From Octopus sinensis (lineage: Eukaryota): a DNA stretch of 64,000 nucleotides. The position numbers were made by a program, and so were the translations under genes. Each line of letters begins with the position of its first letter. Positions within the stretch are counted from its first letter, which is position 1. The stretch is taken from NCBI RefSeq assembly GCF_006345805.1, contig NC_043000.1:46190001-46254000 (forward strand). Direction: 5' to 3'. The notes beneath the pieces were generated by a model, which had not been told where the DNA came from, made no database searches, and worked only from the letters and a program-made list of their open reading frames with translations. Shown piece by piece: positions 52,703-64,000 of the stretch.

Positions 52703-54030
52703 AAGATGTCGCACAGCATCCAATATCATGATGTTGTTGATTGAAGATATTGTGTCTACCAGGGGTTTGTATTGTCTGTCAAGTCACAACAAGGACCTCA
52801 GACAGACAGTATTTTATGCAAAATGCATGCTGTTCCAAGCAATGCTGATTTTTGCTCTAGCACCTTGTCTGTCTGGAAGTCAATGTCCAAGAGGATTTTG
52901 CCTTCCTCTTTTCATCCATTACTTTTTCTGGCATATGAGGGTACTAAGCTCTCACTACCTTGTATCCATATTTCCAGCATATTAGCCAGTGTAAGTTCTG
53001 CATTACCTTGTCATGTCTGTGCTTCTACTCTTTCTGTGCAAGACTTTCACAAGCACTAACAATGCAAGTCACGCTTTTGACCCTCTTCCCATACATTCTG
53101 TAGAGGTTCATTGCACTTGTGTGGCATATATCTCTCTTCACTGAATTGGTATTCAATGCCTGAGCTTGAGCAGTGATGATTAGGCTTTCAGTATTCTTAA
53201 TTAGGTCACCCTTGGTGAGCCACCTCCATGGTGCTTCCTGATCTTTTAAGTTCTTAGTTTCACAGTGACACTGACCATGTAATTCCATGTGCAGTAGAGT
53301 TTCTTCTCTTTTGTTGGCTATTCTTTATCAGAATTGACTAGCACTCTCAAGTTCATTTTTGGTAAATCCATCTTCATTAGCAGCATACTGTAACAGGTCT
53401 TGTTTGCTATTTGCCAAATACTCTGCCATGTTTCTTCTTTCACAGTTGATGCACTCCTGTACACTGATCAGCATACATCCATCTTTACACCTCTGAAAGC
53501 CTGTGTATATTCATCTTAGAGTGGAAGGAACCATGCAATGTCATTGTCATTTGGGTTGGTCAATTTCCGCTTGTGTCCATTTCAGAATGGGTGCACTATA
53601 GCAGACTACAGCAACAGCCCATATGCTGATGGCAGTCACAAGGTTCCTTGAGTTGAGTTTTGATTTCAAGAGAAGTTTGAGGCACTTGAAATAAGCAGTG
53701 ATGACCTCATCTCTTATTTCTCTGTGCAAGATATTGTCCAGCTCCAGGATCCCAAGATAATTGTACCCATCATCATCTGTGTCTTCTATTCTCTCCCCAT
53801 TTGGCTATTCTCTGCCCTTACAATCTGCTCTTCCCCCTTTTCAAAGTGAGCACCGCACTTCAAGATACTGAATTCCATTCTTATATCCTTCCTGCACATT
53901 TGTGCAGTCTCAACCAGCCTCTCCATTTCAGGCTTTGTTTTCACAAACAGTTTTAAATCATCCATGAAGAGAAGGTGGCTGAGACACAGTGCATTCTTTC
54001 TCAGCTCATTGTGCATGTTGACTTTGCGTA
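52690..54030 (-). mobile_element. R4/Dong-like non-LTR retrotransposon fragment (RT, CCHC, deleted endonuclease)
   Basis: SHLLFMDDLKLF, LKSKLNSRNLVTAISIWAVAV, WLTKGDL..NTESLIITAQAQAL, IVSACESLAQKE. Confidence 0.9.
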
Positions 54031-54049
54031 GGCCTACAAAAAAGACATG

Positions 54050-57000
54050 TATATATTAGGCAGAGTTTGCATTTTATTTCATCTTCTGACTAGGTCTCAA
54101 CCAGAGACTTAAGACATGTGTATATTAGGTGGAGAGTAACTTCCTGAGGACATAGGTTATTGATATCAACACAATTTTTTGTGTCTCATAGATTGTTGGT
54201 TTGTCACTACTTTTCTTGATCATTCCCAGGAAATACACAACAACAGGGATGATTTTGGACTTTGCCACATCCTAGATATCTCAATCTCCAGGTCCTATTA
54301 TTTAGATAAGTTTTCCTTTGCAGGAAGGATGGTATTCGGTATCTTGAGGAGCGTGGTGCTCACTTTGGATTGGGGGAAGAGCAGATTGTAAGGGCATAGA
54401 ATTGCCAAATGGAGAGAGAATGGAAGATGGTTGATAATGATGGGTGAAATTATCTCGGGATCCTGGAGCTGGACAATATCTTGCAGAGAGAAATAAAAGT
54501 CCCACAAACCCTGCATTGGCTAATTTTGAGAAAGACCTACTGTGTATGTTAAAAAAATTAAATTCTCTAATTATACTCATTCCTTCCCGAAAGAACTATC
54601 CAAAATTACATCTAAAATAAGACTTCATCACACCTGCACAACATTTTTGACAAAATTGGCAATGTTTATTCCCTTCTCTTGGAAACATATAGTTATCTCA
54701 TATCAAAGGAACTAAACACAAATTATAAACATGCACACAGAAAAGCTCTTGAGATTAACAACATCCTTTGTAAGCTCATTGCCGATCTAAATTTTCTAAA
54801 TAGAGCTGAACCATATACACCTAAAACTCACTACTTGCCTGAAGAATCACAAATCCAACTGCTACTCTAAGCCTTCCATTAGACTCATCTACCCTACAAA
54901 ATCCAACTTAGGTCAAATTAGTAAATGCATTATTGAACGTATTCTACTCCTTGTTAGAACTAACATTAAGCTTCCCCTCTGAAACTACACAGGAGATGTC
55001 ATCACTTAGTTTCACCCTCTTCATGATAAACAAAACATCCATTTCCTTCAGTTTGACATCAGTATCATCAATTCTCTTAAATAAACCTTTAATTTTGACC
55101 TGAAAATATGCTCCCATCTCCTGATTGGACATCAATATAATCTAAGCTGTGAGGAAGACTCTAATTCCCTTTAAGGATAATAATTGGACACACAACTCAT
55201 CTATGGATTTCTTCAATATAATCATTGGCTTCGATATAACCATGGGCTCAGCCCAGGTTACTGATCTTATTGGTCTATTCCTTCTCTCTCAAATTGAACA
55301 ATATGTCTCCAACCTATCTGGTAGACTATACAGGGATGATGCACTCCTTTGATAACATAATCACAGGCATATCTATCAGAATCTCTAACTTATCAGATAA
55401 TGAAGAAATTTTTAACACTTATGCTCCTTATCATAATCAGGTCCTCCAAATAAACAGCTTCCACAAAAAATCTATTATATCCCCAAAATATCCCCTAGTT
55501 TAGCTTTAAACTAAAATAACATATCTCTTACTCAATACTAACCGTGACTCTATGAACATTACTTCCATTCTACACCAATCCAATAACTCCTAAAAAAAAC
55601 CATACACGTTACACTCAACCATACCATTGACCACCCCAAGCTTATAACAACTACAAGCCTCCCCCTCCTGATCATCCCAATACAACCACACCCTCCAAAC
55701 ATTCTACGTTCAGGAAGTGGGAAATCTTATGGTTTGCACCACCTTTCTATCTCCAAGTTAAATCTCTAGCTAAACTCTTCTATAAAATCCTAAAATAAAA
55801 TTTTCCATCACAGCATGAATACTATCCCACCGTTGATGAATCATCAATGAAAATCTCCTACTCCATCACACCTAATTTAGGATCCATAATTGCCTCCTTG
55901 AACAAATGCAAACTCCAACACCAGTCCCCTGAACACCTAAACTCTCACATTGCACCCCAAGTTAGCCCACATAGTAGTAATAGCACAATCCTGAATAAAC
56001 CCCACTCAAATGATACTAGATTCAAGCCTCTTTCCACTATCCTATCTACGCAACAACAAATACTACCTCTCAATCCACTAACAATGAACCAACTGAGATC
56101 AACTTCACTAGCAGTAAACCCTAACCGTGGAGCAGGTAGGAAAACTTGCAACTGTTGTGCCTCTTGATTATGCCCTCTTGGAAGCCCTTGTCTATGCAAA
56201 AATGTAATCTACAGGTGTTGTGTTATAATACCACGCTCCCACCAAGCAAGGGTATATACCATTGGCACTATAGGTTTCAAGTACTGCTACCGTGCACACA
56301 TGAACTCTTTCACAAATCCAAATTCTAAATTATCACCCACCTTAGCAACATATATAAACAACCTCAAACCTTAAAATATTCCATACACCCTATGCTGGTC
56401 CATAGTAAGTGAAACTCCCCCATGCAATGCAAACATCAGAAAGTTCAAGTTATGTCTAAATGAATCATTAACCATTCGTCTTCATAACTCCTCATATTTT
56501 AAAAGATTCTCTCAATGTATTTATTCTTGTAAACACAGGTACTACTCATCTTTCACGCACTTCACCAAATCTATGTAATCTCCTAATAAGTTTTCATAAC
56601 CCCAAAACCTTAAACTAAGACAAAGCCAACCTTGCAACCAACTACTTAAAAAGTACTAAACCCACCCTCACGCCCTTTCTCATACATACCTCCAATTTCT
56701 TCCAAATTCTTGAAATCAACTACTTCCCACTTCCCTCCTACTCCCTCACCTTCCCAGTCTTAAAAAGTAATACCCCCAATCACTTCCGAACTAACCACTC
56801 TACCTCTACCCCTCCCTACTCATACTATTCTATTCAATTTCATACTCCTCTCCTTACCATAACACCTCCTTCCAATATTAACCAGTTTCCTTTGTCCTAC
56901 TAAAAACTACCTTTGTCTAACTTCTCACCCCAATCAGCCACTGAACCAGTCAACTAATTTCCCTCAAATAATAGCCATCCTCTTTCCACTAACGTCATAC

Positions 57001-57170
57001 AAACTAACACAAAGGTCATCATTCACATACTACCTAAACCACCCTTCTCCTCTTCCTCATACCTTTTGCCTCAACTACTATCACTAGCCTCATTATTAAC
57101 CCTATCCCCCAAATCTATTTTCTCCTTCCACTATTCTCTACCTAAACACCACCAACGATTTACCCATTGC
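54050..57170 (+). mobile_element. Decayed Penelope-like retroelement (RT plus GIY-YIG)
   Basis: RKTLIPFKDNNW...FDITMGS..VTDLIGLFLL...GRLYRDDAL (55149-55352); KTCNC...CPLGSPCLCKNVIYRC and downstream endonuclease motifs near 56140-56560. Confidence 0.85.
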
Positions 57171-57737
57171 ACCTTGTATATATAAGATATTACATTATAT
57201 TATATTACATATTATATATTGTACATACACATATTATGCATTTACACAGAGTATAAGTATAATTTTCTGTGAAATTAATTCCAAATTTCTTAAAATTATT
57301 TCCTTTTCACTTGAGAGTTAATAACAATGACTGCTTGGATTCTGTTTTCTTTCTCCAACAAACAGCCAAATTTCAATTCAGGATGTCTTCTTTTGCCTAC
57401 ATCATTTAGTACATTGTTCTGTGTGGTGTATGTAGGCGAGTGTATATGTATAGATATTTATAACACAGACACTTTTTTAAACACGTTTTTAATATACACA
57501 AAATTTTATGGAACGCATCCAGGAAAAAATATCAAAGATATACAGAAATAATTATGTATCTTTCTGTATAGTCCATATTGGCATGAAACAAATAGGAAAT
57601 GTTTCCCTCAAATATCACTTCTTTTATATTGTAAAAATTATAATAAATATGTATATGGTCACTGAGTTTGTTGATGGTAAATATAGTGATAACCATCTAT
57701 CTGACGTGAGAAACAAGATTTTTTATTTGAATTGTAG

Positions 57738-57973
57738 CTAGCTTTGGATAATAATTTCTCATTAAGTCAGCCTATATCCATCAAAGTATTCATCAAAACC
57801 CTGTTCAGCAAATATTCTTCCGCAGACAAACACAACTATGAAGTAGTACAACTGAAATCACCTCATAACTCACTTCAAGAGATTTGCTTTTACTCTTTTA
57901 TTCATTCTTCTATGCCGTTATTTCCTCGCAAAGCACTTGCATGCAAGTTGTCTATTCTGGGAAACTGCATTAT
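57738..57973 (+). CDS. Possible host exon (LALDNNFSLSQPISIKVFIKTLFSKYSS...SILGNCI)
   Basis: Acceptor atttgaattgtag, 236 bp open, weak donor gtatag; phases 0 to 2 fit the neighbours. Confidence 0.4.
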
Positions 57974-60326
57974 GTATAGTATAGAGATGTATTGTATATA
58001 TTTTCAGATATGCAGTTTGCTCTAGTTTATTCTCTTTTTATACATCATGTGTTACATATATAACCATATAAATGAAAAACACAAATGTGTATGTGTGCTT
58101 GTATATAGATATCTATAAAATATAAATAATCATAGTTACCCAATACATTAGTACAACAGAGTCAACTGCTTCACTACTTTGTGTTCAGTAGTATTCACCA
58201 ATGGACAATGATAAAAAATAAAAAAAATAAAAACACTATTGATTTTAGCAGAGGAAAAATATTTTTCTGGACATTCATAGCTTTTCACCACCAAAGAAAA
58301 AGAAATGCTTCAGCTAAGTGGAATTAAAGTCAAGTCATAGATATCAGCCTATGCATCACATGGCTTACCCTGCAGCTGTTTAGAAATAAAGAAAGCCAAA
58401 TACTAAGTATTATGATTATGATCATAAATGAACAATATGCACTGTCAGCCGAGCACCATATCTTAGATTAACTTTCAGATTTATTTCATATGAAGTACTT
58501 CAACAACCGTTAATTAATCTAACTAAATTAACACCACACTAAATTAATGATATTCCTGAAAGGAAATTAGTATTAGCTATGGACATCCTATGATGTTTCT
58601 ATGTGTAACTACCATGACACTTTTATTCTGTTAAAAGATTCCTTGTATTGGAAATATGCTTTCTTGCAATTTGGTTAACAGACATTAAAAAGAGCAATGG
58701 TTGAATTCCAGTACTATGCTCATTAATAGTATTTTTTTCTTTTTTTGATTTTTAAACTAAATCTTACTAAAGCATATCAAATTAAGATTACGCAAGGAAT
58801 TTACATTGCATAGAGTTGTAATAGGAGTCTCTACACTGCCAAATAATGTAAAACAAATTTATTCAAAATGTTTGCTTTTAACAAGCCCTAATTTTAAAAA
58901 TGAAAGCTTTTTTTTTAAATGAAATACTTTTTTAATATTTCATTATTAGTGTAACACAAAACTGAACAACTGAGTGCATTAAGTAACACTGATTTTCAGA
59001 TAACTCTGAGGTCATGAAGAACTTCTCAGAGCGTATTTTTACTTCCTTTTCTATGAATGCAACATTACCTCCTATGAAAACAAGGGAGTTTACAGATTTT
59101 AGAGGGTTTTGTTTGTTTGTACATATTGAACATTCCTGATTGTAATAGATGTACTTAGTCATTAAATCATTGACTAATGAGTAATATTAGCTGCGGTTTT
59201 GCAAGACAATTTAGAAGTTACATAGATTTTAAAATGATGTCTACAAAGACATTGATACCATCAGCATATGTTGCTTCTGTTATTGTAACTAGCTAACAAG
59301 ATGAAGCAGATTTTGTTCGAGTTAATATAGTCCAGGTAGATGATAAATATGAATGATGCAAGTATATCGCCTTACAAGACACATGATGATCTTAAGAGAG
59401 CTTCTCCAGTGCCACTCTGAAATCAATATTAATGTATGAGTTCACTGGGTTGTTGTTGTTGATAGAGCACACCAAATTTTATTGAGTATTTGATTCTTAC
59501 TTAAAATCTTGCATCATCGTACAAGAAAATTTTACATATTTGTGTCATATAACTTAAAGATATTTTACTAGCAAGTAAAGTTTTCGTACATAATCCATAT
59601 TTGTGGTAGTTTCAGTCCAGGTCAGCTTTGATTGAGCAGCAGGCACTAATCAAAAGTGTTCTAGATATAATCATTCCATTTTGTACATCTTAGACCAAAA
59701 TATTTAGTGTGTCTGCCTTTTTAATACTATGGATATCACTTAAGGGGAAGCTGGCTGTTCTTTCTAGTTGTTCAGGTGACCATAAAAAGGCTCTCTCCCT
59801 GACTTGATACCTATTATTTTGTAATGTGTGGTGCATGCATGCAATATGATGTATTGTATCAACCTTTACTTTTAAAGTAATATCTTGTCACTGTTAACTT
59901 AAATAACCATAGTCCAAAAACGTCCTTGCAATTAGCACTATATATCATTTCAATCATAGCAACTGACGATAATTTTATCAACTTTTTTATAGTGAATTAA
60001 CTTTTAAATTTAGAAAGTCAGTATTATACAGCAGTAGTGTCTTTAACCTCGGAAATAGCACTGAAGGTGTGAATCCATTTTGCACAGTAAATTCATTTAT
60101 TCACTGCTATAGTATTGTTATAATGAGAATGATCTTTGATAAAAGCATGCCCCCTCTTCTCTTTGTCAAGCTGTAGGTGATTGCAGTTTGTTTGGTAGTC
60201 TCAAAAGAATTTTTAATTTTGACACTCAGCAACAGCCAACTTGTTTTGTCATTAGAAATAATTTTTAGTGCAATTAAGAATTACTTCTTGTGTTGCTGTT
60301 CATTTTATTATTGTTGTTGTTGTTAG

Positions 60327-60529
60327 GAGGGTGATTATATCAGTTTGTTTAGAATTTTTGCTGCTGAGTACCTTATATAACACCAGAAATGTTAACAACC
60401 AAGCAAAAACAATTTTTAATTGTGCCAAATATAGATCCCATAAGACTAACAAGCTAACCATAGTAAAACAAAAAAATTATTCTGCAACCATCAAACAGAT
60501 ACCAACTATAGTTTCACAAACTAAAATCG
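60327..60529 (+). CDS. Probable host exon (RVIISVCLEFLLLSTLYNTRNVNNQAK...IVSQTKI)
   Basis: Acceptor ttattgttgttgttgttag (alternative start 60353), strong donor g|gtatgt, open frame. Confidence 0.5.
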
Positions 60530-61161
60530 GTATGTCATTATCTAAATTGCTATGATGAGTGTTCTTATTTATCAAATTTTCAGTGGTAGAACTAATTAAA
60601 ACTAATTAAATATTATTAAAGATTCAAATTTTATTAACCAGCAACTTTATTTTATACCGGTTTGAATTACACACACACACAAAAAGTAATGATAATAATA
60701 TTGATAGTGATGATACCATCATAAATTAAATTAGTAGGTAATAAACTATTTTAATATGTAGCAAGATAAAAGTAAATAATCTTTCTCACAAAGATAAAAG
60801 GAGTGATCAAGACTGATATAATATCTAGAGTAAACCTCATTGCAAATTTAATTCTATAATTGGCAAGCCTTGAGAATTGATACATAGAAAGCAAAATTTT
60901 TTTGAATAAATAATATCATTTATGAATGTTGCTATTATTGACTGCTTTCATTCTCTAAGTTAACTAAACGTAAATTCATTAGTTTTTTTTTTATATTTAT
61001 TTTTTTGTCTTTCAAATATATGTTAATGATAAGTGATATCAGTCATGATAATGTCAATGAACTCTATAAAAAAGAATAAGTAGAAGGTATGCTGAAATAA
61101 ATATTTCTTATTTAAATGCCAGTATAGATATTAGTTTAATTTTTAAATTTTCTTTTAACAG

Positions 61162-61199
61162 TAACATCATTACAAAACTTTGATGTTTTTTCCAAGTGA
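61162..61199 (+). CDS. Probable terminal coding exon (VTSLQNFDVFSK*)
   Basis: Acceptor ttttcttttaacag, phase 1 matches the previous exon, TGA at 61197-61199. Confidence 0.45.
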
Positions 61200-61240
61200 T
61201 ATCAGCTGATTATACACTGTAATAACAAAAATCAGTTAGT

Positions 61241-61246
61241 AATAAA
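61241..61246 (+). terminator. Candidate polyadenylation signal AATAAA
   Basis: About 40 nt after the putative stop; the motif is common in AT-rich DNA. Confidence 0.3.
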
Positions 61247-61269
61247 GAATGAAAGTTTTGTTCATGTCC

Positions 61270-61815
61270 GACTATGTGTTAAGAAGCTTGCATCCCAACC
61301 ACGTGCTTTCAGATCCAGTCCCATAGCATGACATCTTGGGCAAGTATCTTCAACTATAACCAAAGTTTTGTGAGTATATTTGGTAGAGGAAAACTAAGAG
61401 AAGCCCATCATGTATATATACATACATGCAAACATATATGTCTGTGTGTATAAAATATATATGTATATATAATATATATACATATTTAAATGTATATATA
61501 TATATGAAAAACAAATATATATATGTATGTATATATATACATATATATATATATGTATATATATGTATATATATATATATATGGCTGTATGTATGTGTGT
61601 GTCTTTGTATCTGTGTTTCTCCCCCACCACTGTTTGACAACTGGTGTTGGTGTGTTTATATCCCTGTGACATAGCACTTCGCCAAAAGAGACTGATAGAA
61701 AAAGAACTATGCATTAAAAAATAAGTTTTGGGTGTTGATTTGTTCAACTAAAATAATCCTTCAAGGCAGAGCCCTAGCATAGCTGCAGTCAAAATGACTG
61801 ACAGAAGTAAACGAA
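61270..61815 (+). mobile_element. SINE family 1 with (TA)-expanded middle
   Basis: Head tatgtgttaagaagcttgcatcccaacc; tail gcagtcaaaatgactgacagaagtaaa. Confidence 0.8.
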
Positions 61816-61919
61816 ATATCAATAAAATTGATTCCACTTTCTTCTATGAGGCAGTTCTTAAGTTCTGCTCTATAATTAACTTAATTATGCAATGTAATCA
61901 ATTGTTTATATTTAAATTA

Positions 61920-62315
61920 CTCTTTTACTTGTTTCAGTCATTTGGCTGCGGCCATGCTGGAGCACCACCTTCAGTCGAGGAAATTGACCTCGGGACTTAT
62001 TTTTTGTAGGCCTGCTACTTATTCTATTGGTCCCTTTTGCTGAACCACTAAGTTACGGGGACGTAAACACGCCAGCATCGGTTGTCAAGGATGTTGGTGG
62101 GGACAAACACAGACACACAAACACACACACATATATATATATATATACATATATACGATGGGCTTCTTTCAGTTTCTGTCTACCAAATCTACTCACAAGG
62201 CTTTGGTCGGCTCGAGGCTATAGTAGAAGACACTTGCCCAAGGTACCACGCAGTGGGACTGAACCCGGAACCATGTGGTTCGTAAGCAAGCTACTTACCA
62301 TACAGCCACTCCTAC
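61920..62315 (-). mobile_element. SINE family 1, full length
   Basis: Reverse complement of head, core and tail. Confidence 0.9.
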
Positions 62316-62652
62316 ACCTGTATTGGTATTAAAAAAAAACATTTGTCAATATATTTCACACTACATTCACATAAATCCAGCAGTTTCCTTTTATGTTTTA
62401 GAATAGTCCATCAACAAGATAGCAATGCAATTATATAAATATTGATACTGGGATAGCATTATGAATACAACTGAAAAAGATGTGTTGTAAATATTCATGT
62501 ATGTATTTTCATTTATTGGACTTCAGTGAAGAATGAAAACATTGAATAAAGAAAGCATATGCAGTTATCAATGTGTTTATATGAAAAAAGTTTCAAATAA
62601 AAGAGTGAGACCTTCGAGAATACGTGATCATTTAGAAACAAAGCATCTAGAT

Positions 62653-64000
62653 CAGGGGTATGAAACATATGGCCCACAGGCCTGCTGCAGGGTTTCATCC
62701 AACCCATGAGATGACTTACAAAAGTGTAAAAATTATATATATTTTCTTACTACTGTGAATGTTGATTGTTTGTATATGACTGATTGTTGTGTATAATGGT
62801 TCAATTTCTAATAGAAAAAAACTCCTTTAAATTATTTAAAGATTTGTTTAAATATTGTATTGGAATAAATATATATTTTTTGAAATTAATTCAATGACTA
62901 ACGTGTTTCTGTTTTTTAGGTGAACATTTTGCCTTGTTTAACCTTACCTAAAATGTCTTTGTCTAAGAAGAGAAAAGAGGATACAGAGTGTAGATTATTT
63001 CAAGAAAAGTGGTTCTTTTCCTGTTCATTTGTGGAGGTGAATGGGAAACCTGTGTCCTTGGTGTGTTTGCAGCAGGTTTCAGTGCTCAGAGAATATGACA
63101 TTTGGCACCATCATGCCAACAAATACGATAACTTGCAAGGACAAATGAGAAGAGAAAAGATAAATAAATTGTTAGCACATCAACCCAAAGCTGAGATATC
63201 AGCCAGGTAGCTGTAAAAGCTAGCTACCTTGTTGCTAGAGAAATAGTATTAGCATCAAAACTGTACTGTGATGGGGAGTTCATGAAAATATGCATATTGA
63301 AGGCTGCAGAAATTGTATGCCTTGAGAAGTGACAGACTTCTGCCTACATTAGCCTGACGAGAAGCACTGTGGCAGATAGGATTTCAGATCTTTCTGCAGA
63401 TTTGGACAGGCAACTGAAGCACAAATTCAAGTAATTTATTGCATATTGGGTTGCAATTGATGAGACCATAGACATTTCAGATGTTGTGCAACTGGCCATA
63501 TTCTTTTGTGGTGTAAACGAGATGTTGACCATCACTGAGGAGTTTCTGGAGCTGGTTCCTATGTTGGACACCACAATAGCAAATGACATTTTCGTCTCTC
63601 TCGTTGGAGCACTGGACAGGGTCAGAATTAACTGGGCCCATGCTGTCAGAGTGGCTACAGATAGCACTCCATCATTGATTGGGAAAAAGCAGGTGTTGTG
63701 AAGCAGTTCAGAGAGAATGTACTGACTGCAAATGGAGGATGTGATTTTTGAATATTTCATTGCATTTTGCAAGTCGTTCAAAATGGATCACATCATGGAA
63801 GTGGTTGTCTGAACTGTTAATTTCATCCAAACTAAAGATCTGAATCACTGTCAGTTTGATAATCTTCTCAGTAATATAGGCATTACCTATGACTTGCCAT
63901 ATCTATCACACCAAGGTAAGGTGATTAAGCCGAGGTGCCATGTTGAAGCACTTCTTTAATCTACGAAAAGAAATTGAACAGTTCATGGGGGAAAACGGTA
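62653..64000 (+). mobile_element. hAT (Charlie-type, GTF2IRD2-like) transposon, 5' part, pseudogenised
   Basis: Starts caggggtatgaaac..ggcccacaggcc after ATCTAGAT; ATG 62953 MSLSKKRKEDTECRLFQEKW; AIDETIDISDVVQLAIF; EEFLELVPM..TT; VATDSTPSLIGKK; stops and frameshifts. Confidence 0.9.

Noticed and set aside
1760-62332. Numerous track ORFs rich in MYVC/HTYI/IYIY/poly-S/poly-H/poly-I
   Set aside because: They are translations of (TATG)n, (TA)n, (CA)n, (GAT)n and (AAT)n microsatellites or SINE bodies, not genes

Overview
AT-rich eukaryotic genomic DNA. The SINE families and microsatellite load point to an octopus (Octopoda); this is inferred, not verified. The window reads as the 3' part of one unidentified + strand protein-coding gene, with short GT-AG exons from about 5.8 kb to 61.2 kb and long repeat-filled introns. 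The introns hold four tRNA-type SINE families, a TTAA MITE, a non-autonomous Helitron, mariner/Tc1 and hAT relics, CR1 and R4/Dong LINE fragments, and several Penelope-like elements (PLEs). Most ORFs in the supplied track are microsatellite artefacts. The most notable signal is a set of type I hammerhead ribozyme (HHR) motifs. One complete HHR with a 69-nt rod-like stem II sits in a 281-bp inverted-repeat element (47839-48559). A complete minimal HHR lies in each copy of a 1355-bp tandem duplication (38704-38759 and 40058-40113). All intact HHRs are antisense to the inferred host gene, while the sense-strand copies are decayed or truncated. All calls were made by eye; boundaries of old repeats are approximate.
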